64,000 nucleotides of DNA. Origin: Eledone cirrhosa (lineage: Eukaryota). Of the stretch, positions 39,240-52,673 are shown piece by piece. The stretch spans positions 117,180,001-117,244,000 of the forward strand of contig OZ024742.1 of NCBI GenBank assembly GCA_964016885.1. The letters run 5' to 3'. The first letter of the stretch is position 1. The number at the start of each line of letters is the position of its first letter. The notes beneath the pieces are model-generated. The model saw only the letters and a list, made by a program, of their open reading frames with translations, was not told the origin of the DNA and did not search any database. A program made the translations under genes and the position numbers.

Positions 39240-39540
39240 AAACAAGTGCTCTCCAGCATAGTGTTTCTCTACTTGTCTCTTCCCTTTGAAATCTCCTCTG
39301 AGCATCAGGATATTCATTCTCACTATCTCTACCCAAGTCTTCCTTAGCCTACCTTTACTACTTCATTCCACTTGAAACTCCTAACACTTTATCTAATGAT
39401 CACCATCCATTTGCATTACATGTCTATGCCGATGCAATCTTCTCTCTTACTCCTTCTGATTTCTCTTATATCCAGATTTTCTCTCAACTCCTCTGCACTT
39501 TCTCTTTTATGCACACTGACATTACACATCTAACACACCC
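39240..39540 (-). mobile_element. Old RTE C-terminal fragment
   Basis: Reverse complement resembles the ..LREKLDIRGI..RRLHRHRHVM..GRLRKTW region. Confidence 0.55.
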
Positions 39541-40419
39541 ATTATAAAATATCATTTAATTACTGCTGGTATGGAAAGCAGAAAAACAAAGATCAATGTT
39601 TTCTTGTGTAATTTCTTGAAATATTTGTCATAAACAATATCGTAAAATGAGCTGGAACAAGTGAAAGATTAATTAATTTAGAGACAGATATTATGAAAGT
39701 TAGCTATTTCTAAGCTTGTTTTTCAAAGATACTTTGTCTAGAGACGATGCTGCAGATATTTTCCTCTCAAATATTAAAAATATTTATTAATATTTCAAAT
39801 GGCATTTTGAAATAGTTTATATTTTATTTCAATAATTTATATCCTTGCTTTTGTAATTGACTAATTTAAAATCAATTACTGTTTCTACAATTAATCTCAT
39901 TAATCATATTACTTCTCTCTCTCTCTCTCTCTCTCACACATATTTTGTGAAAGTTACAAAGAGTGTCTTCAATTAAACATGCTCTAATTGATAATAATTT
40001 ATCACATCTCCACCCACCTTCACCACATGCAGTCATTGCTGGAACAATTACCACTGCAATTATAGAGGATAACAAAATGGAGTTATGATGATGCTATTGT
40101 TGTTTATCCCTGGGTCAGCCCTGTTCACAAGTAGACCTATAATGGTATATAGATATGTTAGTTTCAATAATTGATCCAGTTGAATAATCAATAGCAAGCT
40201 CTATTTCAGTAACTCTGTGAGGCAACTTTGGATATGTTTTGGCAATATTAAATCTCCCCAGGGTAACATAGGACTCACTATACTTGTTACATTAGGGATG
40301 AAACATTATATACATGTAGGATATATGATTAGGCATAAAAAATTAGCATATTTAAAACTAACTGTGGTCTATAGTAATCTGAGAAAATAAAACCAAAATG
40401 ATTAGATATAAAAATAATT

Positions 40420-40570
40420 ATTTCTACTATTGGTACTTTATTTTATCGATCCCGTAAGGATGAAAGGCAAAGTTAACCTCGGCGGGATTTGAACTCAGAA
40501 TGGCAAGGGCCGTAACTCTATGCGTCAAAGCATGGCGTCTGACCCTCAACTGATACTGCCAATCCAATGA
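40420..40570 (-). mobile_element. SINE family A (internally deleted)
   Basis: Matches the family A consensus. Confidence 0.85.
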
Positions 40571-40879
40571 CCAAATAGGTGTTTTGTTGTTCATTTAGGA
40601 TTTACTGCTTAACTCTAAAGACATGTGAAATAACAGTGAAATGTGGATATATAAACAGACAGATAAGCAAACAGATACAGAAATAGATGGATAGATGGAT
40701 TTTCATATTATACACTAGTTTGTGTAGTAAAATAAAATTGGCTAATATTCCTTTATTTCTCAACACATGTATTTCTATATCTTTTTAATGCTCTCTGCTT
40801 TAAATATATTAATGTTAATCTAAGTAACTTCTCTCAATTCTGTAATGGTGTTGTCTTCAAAATCCAAGTCTATGGGACT

Positions 40880-41290
40880 ATATGATATGATTTCTGGTAA
40901 CCAACCCAGTTTTTATTTCATTGCAGTTTTTTTTTTATCTCCTTGTCAATTAACAGCTGATTTTTTTTATTGCTCTTCAATTTCTCTGACATCCTTTCTG
41001 TTCATTAGGGAGTATGTTTTGTTCCTTGAAGTGGGCATAGATATTTTCTTCAATTATACTTGTTAATAGTAAAGAGAAACAATTTATTGGTCTGTACTTT
41101 GATATCTCAGACACTTTCTGTTTGTCCGTCATGATCAGAGTTGTTCTGCTCTTAGTCATCCAATTAAGGATACTTCCACTCTAGAGACTTGCGTTTGATA
41201 AGATTGCTAGCACTTGTCTTCACATTTTAATATTCTTCAGCAAGAAACCTTGCGTGCTTTCCAGTTAGTTAATTTTGCAGCTTGTTTTAC
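40880..41290 (-). mobile_element. R4/Dong-like RT fragment
   Basis: SKYRPINCFSLLL..NILPNEQKGCQRN. Confidence 0.75.
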
Positions 41291-41297
41291 AATGCGA

Positions 41298-41640
41298 TCA
41301 TCATCATTGTTTTTACGCCCATTGTTCCATGCTTGCATGGGTTGGACAGGTCCTTCTCAGCATGGGATCTCTCCACTCATTGCATTCCTTCATTATCTCT
41401 TCCATGAGTTTCAGCGATTTGAGGTTAGCTTTAACAACCTGTGCCCGGTCTTCGATAGTCTACCTCTACTGCTGCTTCCTTCCACTGAGATTTCCTGGCA
41501 CTTCTTCACCCAGCGACCATTATCCATATACCTCACATGTGCAAACCAACACAGTCTTCTCTCCTGCACATCACATCGATTACTCTTAAACCCAGCTTCT
41601 CCCTCAACTCATCCAAGCTCTGCCATTATCTCCCACTTAA
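41298..41640 (-). mobile_element. RTE 3' fragment
   Basis: CCAACCCATGCAAGCATGGAACAATGGGCGTAAAAAC(GAT)n terminus on the - strand; RRLCWFAHV..WVKKCQ C-terminus. Confidence 0.8.
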
Positions 41641-41699
41641 TTGCACATCCAAAATAGCATGGTTGCTTCATTTCTTTCCAGTCTATGCATGTCCACTGC

Positions 41700-41852
41700 A
41701 GTCACAGCCCATGACTCATATCATGACTCATACACTGTTCACTTTCCTGACATTTGTACAATATTCTATGTACTATACATGCACCTTTGATGAGTTTTAG
41801 TGCACCAGAGCACTGTACACAATAATTTCATTATTATTATTATTATTATTAT
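41700..41852 (+). mobile_element. CR1 3' UTR remnant ending in (ATT)n
   Basis: Matches ~49235-49368 (GCACTGTACACAATA..TTCATTATT). Confidence 0.85.
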
Positions 41853-41853
41853 T

Positions 41854-42330
41854 TTTCTTTGAGTCTCAGTCATTGATGTTATTTAACTGGAAAGTTTGTT
41901 GAAATTAATATCAAGCCACTACCTGCAGCCTCAGACATTCAAGACGTATCGGAGGATTCTTGCTGTTCCCAGCAAACATGCCTTTTGAAGTGTTCCAAAA
42001 AGCAGAGGTGGACTAATCTTCTTTAACCATCCTTGGAAAATCTTTGAGTTAGTACCTAGTGCACCTATGACAATCGGGACGACCTTGATTTCATGGCAGT
42101 TCCATATCCTTTTTACCTCCCCCTTTAAATCCTGGTATCGGGTAATTTTCTCCCTCTCCTTTTCTTGCACTCTCGTGTCAAATGGGCAGGCTACATCTAC
42201 AATCAGGCACAATATTTTTTTCAGGCCTATTGTGTTCTAATTTCTTGTCCGTCTGTATCCTAAAATCCCATAGCACCTTCACCTGATCGTTTTCTATCAC
42301 CGACTCTGGCTTATGCTCATACCACTTCTC
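41854..42330 (-). mobile_element. R4/Dong-like 3' fragment (same family as 7300-8903), (ATT)n on both sides
   Basis: ORF CLIVDVACPFDTRVQEKEREKITRYQDL. Confidence 0.92.
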
Positions 42331-42349
42331 ATTATTATTATTATTGTTG

Positions 42350-42535
42350 GTGTATTGGCAGTATCGGTAGACGGTCGGACATGCTTTCCAGCATAGTCAC
42401 ATCCCTTTATGATCTGGATTCAAATCCCACCGAGGTTAACTTTGCCTTTCATCCTTACGGGGTCGATAAAATAAAGTACCAGTAATACACTGGGATAATT
42501 GCTGGTCTTGTGCCAAAAGTAGAAACAATTATTAT
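42350..42535 (+). mobile_element. SINE family A
   Basis: Matches the family A consensus; (ATT)n tail. Confidence 0.88.
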
Positions 42536-42537
42536 TA

Positions 42538-42574
<37 letters not shown>

Positions 42575-43104
42575 TTTATAAAATATACTTATATATTTAA
42601 AATGTTATAACTATCTTTTAGAATATAATTTTTGTTTCACAACTCCATTACATAATGAGTTTCCATTACAGTAAATTTCAACAAGTTTCTCGAATTGTTG
42701 TTTACATCTGGTCATACACATGCTAAGAGTACTTTGAAAGCAAGAGATCGAATGTGAAGTTTGTATAGGGATTCATAGAGTAGAAGAGGGAAAGAGAGAC
42801 AGCAATTGAGAGAGAATGAGAGCAATGAAATGAATTTGATTTCAATCTAAGGAAAGATTGAATGAAAACGTATTAAGTCAGAGAAAAACATGTATGTAAG
42901 TGCATGCATGTATATGTATAGAATTTTTATGCATTAAAAAGTTAAAATTATAAAAAATTGTTTGATATATTTTCAAGAGAATGGATAAATAATACCAATG
43001 ACGATATTAATGTAGATAAACAGTGTTTCATTGTAAAATAAAGACTCTTTATATTTTAGCAATTTATTTACATAGAATTAGAAGTTGCTGAAATTCGGTA
43101 AAAT

Positions 43105-43316
43105 ATTGGTTTCTGAATTAGGCACAAGGCCAACAATTTGTGGGAGGGGAGCAATTAAATTGACCGCAGTGCATTACCAGTACTTTATTTTATTGACCCT
43201 GTAAGGATGAAAGGCAAAGCTATTCTCAGCAGGATTTGAACTCAGAATGTAAAGGGACGTAACTATATGCCATAATGCTTGTTGTCCGACTCTCTACCGA
43301 TACTGCCAATCCACCG
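43105..43316 (-). mobile_element. SINE family A long variant
   Basis: Consensus match; TAAAATATTG on both flanks. Confidence 0.8.
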
Positions 43317-43394
43317 ATAAAATATTGACCTTGAATATAAGCCAAACGAATTTTACCATCGTTGTTTTTGTCACATATTTCTCAGTTTATTTTC

Positions 43395-45790
43395 AATTAT
43401 ATACAGTAATAACTGGCACAGCCCAAGTATTGATAGTGATAATCATGTTCTTCCCATTCAGTTTCGTTTTCCATAGTTGTTTTAATCGAAGTAGATAGAC
43501 TTCCCTCACATTTCCTTTTATCTTCTCATTCAGAACTTTGTCAAGCTCTAAAATGCCCAGATATTTGTACCTACTATCCTCAGTGTTACCAATCAACTCT
43601 CCATCAGGTAACTCAATACTGCCACTATGTACATGCCTACCTCTCTTAAAAACACAGTCTGCTATCCCAAACATTCTCAAACATTTCTCTATCTATGAAT
43701 GTGGGACTATGTCAAAGGCTTTCTTAAAGTCTATGCAAGCTAAGCATAAATTCTTCAGATGTCTTTTGCAGCTATTTATGATTGCCTTGTTAACAGCAAG
43801 ATGGTCTTTGGCTCCCTATGAATTTTTCCTACACTCGTTCTGCTCGACAGGTAGCATCTCATTCTGAAGCAAGTGATCATATACTTTTGCAGCATAGATG
43901 CCTGTCATCAGTTTCAAAACAAATTCAAGCAAGTGATTGGTTTGTAATTTCCAATTAACTAACCTTTCCTTTTATCCCTTGATTGGCAGTATTGGTAGAG
44001 GGCCAGACGCCATGCTTTCCAGCATAGTTACGTCCCTTTACGATCTGAGTTCAAATCCCACCGAGGTTGACTTTGCCTTTCATCCTTACGGGGTCGATAA
44101 AATAAAGTACCAGTAATGCTCTGGGTAATTGCTGGCCTTGTGCCTAAAGTAGAAACACTTATTAAAGTTGGATTTCCTTCAACCATCCAGCTTGGAACTT
44201 CTCCTTGTATTGCTCCCTAGCCTTGAAAGAGTGCTTTAAAATCTTTTCAACTAGAATCCTTAGCTTCTGTCTGGTCCAGGTGATTTCTAGGGATTTCTAG
44301 TTTGACATTTTCCTAATTTGCTCTCAAACATCTTCCTTTAAAATGTTTTACCATGTGTGTTTTGATTCATTAGATAACTAATGCTCGACTTCATTCATCC
44401 ATCACACATCTTTGTTATACTCCTTTACAATTCTCCATAGATTTGACCAAAATTGTGTGGATTCTTCAGCATTAGGTGTAGCTTGTGCACCATTTTCATC
44501 TAACAGTGATCTAAAGAACATTTTCTGATTTCCAGAGAATAATCTATTCTGTTCATATTGTTTTTGTCTACTTGTATAGCACCTAACCCTATTATATTTT
44601 GCCTTAATTCACTGTTTCACTTCTTCCATCAATACATTCAAATCTTTCAACTTTATCTTATATCTCATATCCTTGCATCATTTCTCCTCTACTTTGGCCT
44701 TTTCCCTTTTGTCTCTGTCATGCATTCATTTTACCCAGTTCTTTTCTGAGCTGAGTTGTATCACCTTCTAATCTTATCTTCCACTAGGGTTCCTTGCATT
44801 TCTTCCTTTCTATTTTCTGAATGCGTAATAGCTCCAACATCAGAAACCCTGCAGCGCTAATTAACTTTCGCAAGTCGGTGATAGCATTAGTTTCTATATA
44901 CACAAAAAGTACCCAGCCCACACTCTAAGGCAGTTGTGTGGGTGTCACGACAAAAAGCACCTGTCTAACCCATTGTAGTGTGGAAAATCGACATTAAACA
45001 ATGATGATGATGATAGCAGGGTATACTTTGTCTGTTCCACTTGCTAAATGACTTCTCTCTATATATTTTGAAGATTCAACAGTGTTTTATTGAACCCCGG
45101 ATCGTTAAACAGATCTCCCAATCTTTTGATAATTAATCTTGTTTATTCCTTTTATTAATTTTCATTTTTATTCAAACTTTCAATGCCCACATCATCAGTC
45201 ACTTGATTTTCCACGTGTTTCATATTTAGTGATCCATCATTTTTCCTTTATCTGTATTTTGGTAGGCTAATTCTTCCTCAGTTGATTCATCTTCATTGTG
45301 ATCTCTCTGTTTCCCACTTTCCTCATTTGCAACATCTAAGTTGCCTTCAATATTAACTTTCATGCTTTGTACTTCAACTTCCAGAACCAATTACTCCATC
45401 TAATTTCCCTTGTATGTCCCATCAAATTGTTCATACTGATTTAAACATTCCAAACCTTATTCAATGCTGAAGCACCTATGTGACACTTGCTTATGATTTT
45501 TTTATCTTCGTTACTCCATTTCCTTCTGCTTCTGGTTTCATTGCATTGTTTTACATGCCTGTGGTTTATGTTGTGGTACAGTTCTATAAAGCATGTACCC
45601 TCTGAGTTGAAATGTTAACAGCTCCACTCCCATCACACATGCCCTATCTGATGGCTTCACCTCCGGTTTCCTCCAAGAGGTTTCGTGATGAGTTCTACCT
45701 ACATAGAAATTTGAATCCATATTTCTTGTCAACATCATTTTCATGAGATTTGTGTATATGAGGTTGCACAACTACCAGTGCTTTTATTGT
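43395..45790 (-). mobile_element. Old R4/Dong-like LINE (N-terminal region to RT), interrupted by a SINE (~43980-44160, +) and an RTE 3' remnant (~44900-45015, +)
   Basis: YKYLGILELD, NGKNMIITINTWAVPVI, IDFKKAFDIVPH and EQNEC RKNS.GAKDHL motifs. Confidence 0.75.
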
Positions 45791-45969
45791 CTACACCACC
45801 ACTAAAAAGGTCACCAACCAAGGCTAAAGAATTTTCTTGGAATTTTGACAGTTGTTGTTATTGATATTGGTGTTTCTGTTGCTGCCTGTTCCATCTATCA
45901 CTGAGGTAGTGATAGTGCTGGTATTGGTAGCAGTGGTGGCAGTGGTGGAGTTGATAAAGGTGTTAGGTC

Positions 45970-46200
45970 AGTGGATTGGCAGTATCGGTAGAAGGTCGGA
46001 CTCCATGCTTTGACGCATAGAGTTACGGCCCTTGCCATTCTGAGTTCAAATCCCGCCGAGGTTAACTTTGCTTTTCATCTTTACGGGGTAGATAGAATAA
46101 AGTACCAGTAATGCACTGGGTAATTGCTGGCCTTGTGCCTAAAGTAGAAACAATTATTATATTGGCAGTATCGGTAGTAAAAGTAGAAACAATTATTATA
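45970..46200 (+). mobile_element. SINE family A followed by a ~40-bp head-tail fused mini-copy
   Basis: Full copy, then ATTGGCAGTATCGGTAG fused to TAAAAGTAGAAACAATT. Confidence 0.85.
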
Positions 46201-47218
46201 ATTATAATTATTCTTGTTACTGTTGCTTTTGTCACTTCTGTCATTGATTTTGATGTTCATGTTATTATTTATATCAATTATTTTAGTTGTTGTCGTGGTA
46301 GTGGAATTGGTACTAGTATTATTATTGTTGTTGTTGCTGTTGTCATTCATTAGCTTCTTGAGATTATTGTGGTTATTGTTTTTGTTGCTATATTTTGCCT
46401 CTCTATCTATTTTTAACCTTCATGGAATTATATTTTTTCTAATTTAAAATGAACTTATCTTTTGGGGGAATATTTAAGAGAAAGTTATCTTTTAGGGTTT
46501 AAGATGTGCTATCAATGTCAAAGTCATTTTATGAGAGTGTATATTATTTTCATGTCAAAATTTTTCCCAGAATCAATAAACATTTTGAATATCTATGACA
46601 TTAGTAGTTGTGTTGATACAGAGAAAACAAGAATAAAAAAAGAACCAAACAACAACTAGAAAGCTAAATAAAAGTACACTGAATTAATTACTATTTTTGA
46701 AAAATTCTGAAAAATTTTGATAATTTTTGTTTGTAAAAGTTTTTTCTTACAAAGAAAAAGAAAAGGAAATTAGTTGATATAAGCCATAAGCCATTTTTTA
46801 AAGTGGTAAGAGATAATGGATCATTTGAGGATTCTATCTGATTACTTGTCAAATGTTAGAGAAACTAAAATTCACAACTCAAATAAATTTCAAAAACTTT
46901 TAGGGTATTTTTTATCTCTAGATACATAAGCTAGAATATTAGATTAAAAAAGTAAAATGTATGTAAAAATATGAAAACATTTTGTTTTTTAGCTTTATTT
47001 TGAAAGATGTCTTTGAGCTCAATATTTCACAATCATGAACAAGCAGCCACAAAGTAGCTATCATTTGTAGTTTTGTTTAGCCACATATCAACCTTGACCA
47101 AACAAACAGGACTATGATCAAATGTGTTTTAATCATTACCACACCATTTTTTTTAGGAGTATCTAGAGATAATCATCATCATGATATTTATGTCCACTTT
47201 CTCACATTGGTATCGACT

Positions 47219-47310
47219 GGACAGGAGATTTGAGGCAGTTTTTCTATGGACAGGACTTTTGGAGGCAGTTTTTCTATTGACAGGACTTTTGGGGGCAGTA
47301 TTTCTATGGC
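47219..47310. repeat. ~30-bp tandem repeat x3
   Basis: Unit GACAGGACTTTTGGAGGCAGTTTTTCTAT. Confidence 0.8.
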
Positions 47311-48092
47311 CAAATGTGATTCCTGATGCTAATCAATAAATAAATTTCTTATAAGTATGATACATGACCCTAATGTTTATCAAACTGTTGAGCTACTAAA
47401 TATATTTTTTACACAAATATAAATTAACATCACTGCATACGTTTAGTGCACACACACACACATACACACACAATCATACAATAACCCCCTTACATATTCT
47501 CCTACAAAATTTACACAAAAAGCATTGCTCCCACTTACTAGAAGACACATGCTTAAAATGTCACACAATAGAATAAAACCCCAAACCACATGGTTCTGAA
47601 TCAAACTTCTCAACCACAGAGCCATGCTTGCAACTATCTACACAACTATGCCTGTGCCTATATGAAATAATTATATGTACATTATATTTGATTAGAAAAG
47701 ACAGGAAATTTCAATAAATTAAGTGTTTATTGCATATAGCTTCACTTTCACTGTCATATTTTGACTTACTTATACAAATTCATGCCATGGGCTCCCTAGA
47801 GTTATTTTTCTTAGCTCTCTTTTTACTTTTAATTATACAAATTACTCTTGGCAATAAACATACATATGTGTTTACAAGTGATGATGTTCACCTGTGTATA
47901 TTTTTATGTATGTGTGTGAGTACGTGGTTGTATTTGTATAACTGTATGCATTTATATCTAATATATGCATATGTATGTTTGCCTTTATTTGTATATATAA
48001 TAATATGTATGAACAGATAGACACATGCCTGCAGGTGTATGTGCTTGAGTATGTGTATATGTTTAGATATATATATTCATCTGGGTATATAT

Positions 48093-49900
48093 ACCTGGAT
48101 GCTGTGTGTAGAAGACTTGCGTAGATTGGAAAGAAACGAAGCTTGCATGCTCTGATTGATGTGTAATACGAATTGAGAGAAAGACTGAGCATAAAAAGAC
48201 TTTCTGCATTGGGTGTGAGGGATGATCTTTTTAACTGGTTGAAATCCTTCATTCTCAGCCGAAAAGAGGTAGTCATGGTTCTAGAACTGCATTCTTCACC
48301 ATATGGGATGTCATCTGGTGTACCACAGGAATCTGTTCTTGGTCCCCTTTTGTTTGTGGCATATATTAATGTCATAGATACCAACTTAAAGAATGCCATG
48401 GTACTGAAATATGCAGATGACATCAAGCTGTACCTTGAAATCAAAAGGACTGATCCTGAAATCTACAACTCTTTCCTACAATCAGACCTGGACACAATGC
48501 AGCAATGGATCACAGACTGGCAACTGAAGTTGGCTGTGTACCACCATGCATTTTGGGAGGAAAAATCCAGCGCCCACATACTCCCTCCACAACACTGATA
48601 TCAAGAAGTCCTCTTGTGAACGTGACCTGGGCATTACTGTCAGCAGCGATTTGCGTTGGACAAAGCATGTCTGTAAGATTGTCAAGAAGGCCGAGGGTGT
48701 CTTGGCATCACTCAGCAAGACCTTTGTTGGCCGCTCTCCAGCCATCTATTTAAAGCTGTATACAGCTATGGTACGACCACACTTGGAATTCGCATCATCA
48801 GTCTGGAACCCCTATCTTGCTCAGAACATTGACCTCCTGGAAACTGTTCAGAGACATGCAGCCAAGCGCATACCCTCCATCAGACACCTACCATACTCTG
48901 AACGCCTTGCTTCCCTGGGCATGGATTCATTGAAGCTCCGACGTCTGGCAATGGACTTGGTAAACACCTACAAAGTTATTAACCATCTCACCAACAACAA
49001 CCCTGAGCACCTTTTTGGTCTCCTTGTGTCTAACACACGTGGACATGCCTACAAAATCAGAAAACAGCACAGTTCCCATGACTTTCGGAAAAATTTTCTC
49101 ACGCTTAGAGTTGCTGAAGCATGGAACAAACTGCTGCGTCAGTTGTTAGCTGCCGAGACACTGCATCCTTTAAAACCCTCATGCTTCCAGAAATTCGCCA
49201 AAGCTACACCTGATGTACCCCTTCCATACACATGCACACATGTGTATATCATTACTCATGCACTGTTTATTTTCCTGACGTTTGTACATTACCCTATGTA
49301 CTATACATACACTTTTGATGAGTTGTAGTGCACGTGAGCACTGTACACAATATTTTCATTATTATTATAAGAGGAATCAAATTCTGTGTGCAGGAGAGGA
49401 GGTTGCGTTGGTATGGACATCTGATGCACAAGAAGGATGACAGCTGCATAAAAAGGTGCAGAGCACTAAAAGTCGATGGAAGCCTTGGAGTGGGGAGACG
49501 CAAGAAGACCTGGGATGAGGTGATAAAAGCTGACCTTGTCCAATTGCAGCTCTCAAAGGCAATGACACAAGACCGAGACATTGGGTACAAGCTGAAGCTG
49601 AAGCATATAGACAGTATGTCCCCACCCCCTCCCACTGCAAAATGGTCGTGGAGGTATCATGACAAAAGAGGACCCAGCACTCACTGTAAAGTGGTCGTGC
49701 AGGTGTCATGGTAAAAAGGCACCCAGTACTCACTGTAAATGAGGTTGGTGTTTGGAAGGGCATCCAGCTGTAGAAATCAAGCCAAAATTAATTCCCATAT
49801 GAGCAAGACATGGTCACTCAATCTGGCATTGCCCACAATAGGAACAACCCATCTTAACCATGCTAGCATGGAAGAATGGACGTAAAATAGTGATGATGAT
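48093..49900 (+). mobile_element. RTE 3' fragment (48093-48192 and 49368-49900) split by a CR1 insertion
   Basis: TWMLCVEDLRRLERNEACML..LRERLSI continues after the CR1 as RGIKFCVQERRLRWYGH; (GAT)n tail at ~49890. Confidence 0.85.
48193..49368 (+). mobile_element. CR1-clade LINE, 5'-truncated, (ATT)n tail
   Basis: SGVPQESVLGPLLF, KYADDIKLY, MHFGRKNP, ERDLGI, LYTAMVRPHLEFASSVWNPY and TRGH motifs. Confidence 0.93.
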
Positions 49901-49901
49901 A

Positions 49902-49950
<49 letters not shown>

Positions 49951-50268
49951 GAAATATGGGTGAGAAGAATACTGCTGGTTGCACATGGATAACATGTTAT
50001 AAAATGAGTCCCTCATCAGTGATTTACCAAACGATCATGGGTATTTCATCGCATTAAAAATCATATATATATATATATAACCGATATAAAAGACACAGAA
50101 GTGAAAAGCGAAAACTAACCAAACAGTGAGTGTGTTCTGTTATTAATTCTGGCAATATTACACAAATATGACCCTCCCCAAGTATAACAATATTTGTTTT
50201 GACACACGATTTCATATAAAAAACGTCGCAAAGCTAATTCATCGCTGTTATATATATATATATATATA

Positions 50269-50382
50269 CAGGTAAAATTCTGTTATAACCAATACCATTA
50301 TAACAAATTTGTCAGTATAACGAAAATATTTTTTAAATCTTTGAGTTAACCCTGTGAATTTCATTATAACGGAATTTCACTG
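50269..50382. mobile_element. Tigger/pogo-type MITE in (TA)n
   Basis: TIRs CAGGTAAAATTCTGTTATAAC / CATTATAACGGAATTTCACTG with TA flanks. Confidence 0.75.
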
Positions 50383-50589
50383 TATATACATAAACTCCTA
50401 GATGCAGATGATATGCTCGTTATAGATGAATCCATAAAAGAAGTAGAGAATAAGTTCCATTTATGGAAACAGAACTTGGAATCGAAAGGTCTGACAGTAA
50501 GCTTAGCCAAAACTCTATACAATGTACACAGGGTGTGTCCTCGAGGATAAAGCATCTTCGGCACCGGGAATTATTGGTGGTATGCCACA

Positions 50590-51050
50590 ACTAGAGATCG
50601 GTGTGGAAGTTGGACCTTCATAAAGACCTGAAGATCCATCTCTTCATTGCTGTAGTGGAGTCTGTGCTGCTGGACGGGTCTGAAACTTGGACACTGACCA
50701 AGAAACTCACTCAGATGGTGGATAGGTGCTACACGAGAATGCTGAGGATGGCTTTGAACATTCATCAGCATACACCGAGGATCAAGAACTCAGAGCTGTA
50801 CGAGAGCCTCCTAAATATCAGCTCGAAACTGACACAGAGGAGATTGAGGTTAGCTGGACATGCTCACCGACATCCAGAGTTGACACTGCACTCAGTGCTC
50901 TTGTGAGAGCCCATGCATGGACTCACTGGAAGAGGAAGACCGAGGTTAACATATGTTGATGCCCTAAGGACAGACACTGGTCTCTTGGAGACACAGGACA
51001 TGGCAGCGATAATGAGGGACAGAGACCATTGGAGAGAACTCGTCCATGGA
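50590..51050 (+). mobile_element. RTE-clade LINE C-terminal fragment (third family); related fragment at ~59840-59955 (-)
   Basis: LKIHLFIAVVESVLLDGSETWTLT..YTRMLRMALNI..RRLRLAGH. Confidence 0.8.
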
Positions 51051-51630
51051 TCTTGGGAATGTTACCCGCCCTAGACATATATGTCTGCTGTTAAGTTGTA
51101 ATGCAGAAGATCTGCCTTCCCAGGTGCATGGATTGAAGCATGTAACCAGTATGCACCACATTCACACCCTAGACTTACCTTTCCAGTCCCTATGCTATGT
51201 ACATGGACTTCCTCTCCACCAGCTTTCAGTCCACACTATAAAATGGTCATTTTGGTGCCATGACACAAAGCACCCAGTACACATTGCAAAGTGTCTATGT
51301 TGGTGACATGGCAAAAAGCGCCCAGTGCACACTTGAAATGTGGTTGGTGTTAGTAAGGGCATCCAGCCGTAGAAACCAAGCCAGAAAGAGTTCTGTATGA
51401 GCAAAAGATGGTCATCTGATCTGACTTGTCTTACAATGGGACAACTCTTCTGAGCCAGGCTAGTTTTTAAAAAATGGATGTTAAATGGTAATAATGATGA
51501 TCATGTTTAAATATATTGGGTAAAACATTAATTTGTTTTGTTGTATTTGTCATACTTTGTTCTTTATATACTTCTGCCACATAGTACTAGCCTTTTGAAC
51601 TTTATCAGTCATATATATATATATCTGAAT

Positions 51631-52428
51631 ATCATCATCATCATTTTACGTCCTCTTTTCCCTGCTTGCAAGAGTGGGACGGATCCTATTAAGCACAGCA
51701 TCTCTCCATTCATCACAGTCCTTTGTCATCTCCTCTGTGAGCTTCAGCAATCTGTGGTCTGCTCTCACCACATCCACCCATGTTTTTCATGGTCTTCTTC
51801 TACTGCATCTTCCGTCTACTGGCATTTCTTGGCACTTCTTTACCCAGCGGTCATCCTCCATGCGCATCACAAGTCCATACCAACGCAGTCGTCTCTCCCG
51901 CACACTATTGCCTATCCCTCTTATACACGATTTCTCTCTCAACTCGTCTATGCTTGGTCGTTCACGCACATTGACATTGCATATCCAACGGAGCATGCAT
52001 GCTTGCTTCATTTCTCTCCAGCTGCCCATGTTTCACTCCCATGCAGCATCACGCATCTCACACAGGCATCATATAACCGGCCTTTCGATCATAGGGAGAA
52101 ACCCTTCTTTGTCAACAGAGGAAGCAGCTCCCTAAACTCCTTTCAACACGTCCTTATTCTAGATACTATGGCCACAGACCACCCTCCTCCCTTACTAATC
52201 TGATCACCTAGGTATCGGAAGCTATCAACCACCTCTATAGGTCCTACTTGTATTTGAAAAATGTGTCTATCACTGCGACTTCTGCTGTCAAATTTCCCTG
52301 TACATCTACTGCATATGTAGTCTTCCCTACCTGTTAGTTTGCCTGCTATCCCACTACACCTCTTGTGTACCCAGGATCTGCATTGTGTACATTTTATAGA
52401 ATTTATGCCAACTCCTTTCCTACATATT
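51631..52428 (-). mobile_element. RTE 3' fragment (sister subfamily with the PHD-like region)
   Basis: ACMLRWICNVNVRERPSIDELREK..RRLRWYG; C..C.SWVHKRCSGI; (GAT)n tail. Confidence 0.88.
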
Positions 52429-52673
52429 GAATATATATATATATATATATTTAGAAAATGGGGTTTACTGAACAGCGATGTGTGGACTATATTATGGTCT
52501 GTCAGTTGCGAAGCAGATAAGAAGAACCCTCAACGACCTGTATAAATGGTGCAAGTCGGAGCATTATATATTAATAAAAGATCGGAGGCCATATTCAGTT
52601 GATTCAGGTTTATTTAAAACTCTGTTATACATATTTCACTTAGGACTATCGGTTATGATATATATATATATAC

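Noticed and set aside
49990-50030. CTGATGA on the - strand as a second hammerhead
   Set aside because: No downstream stem II plus GAAA was found. The same applies to CTGATGA at ~59500.
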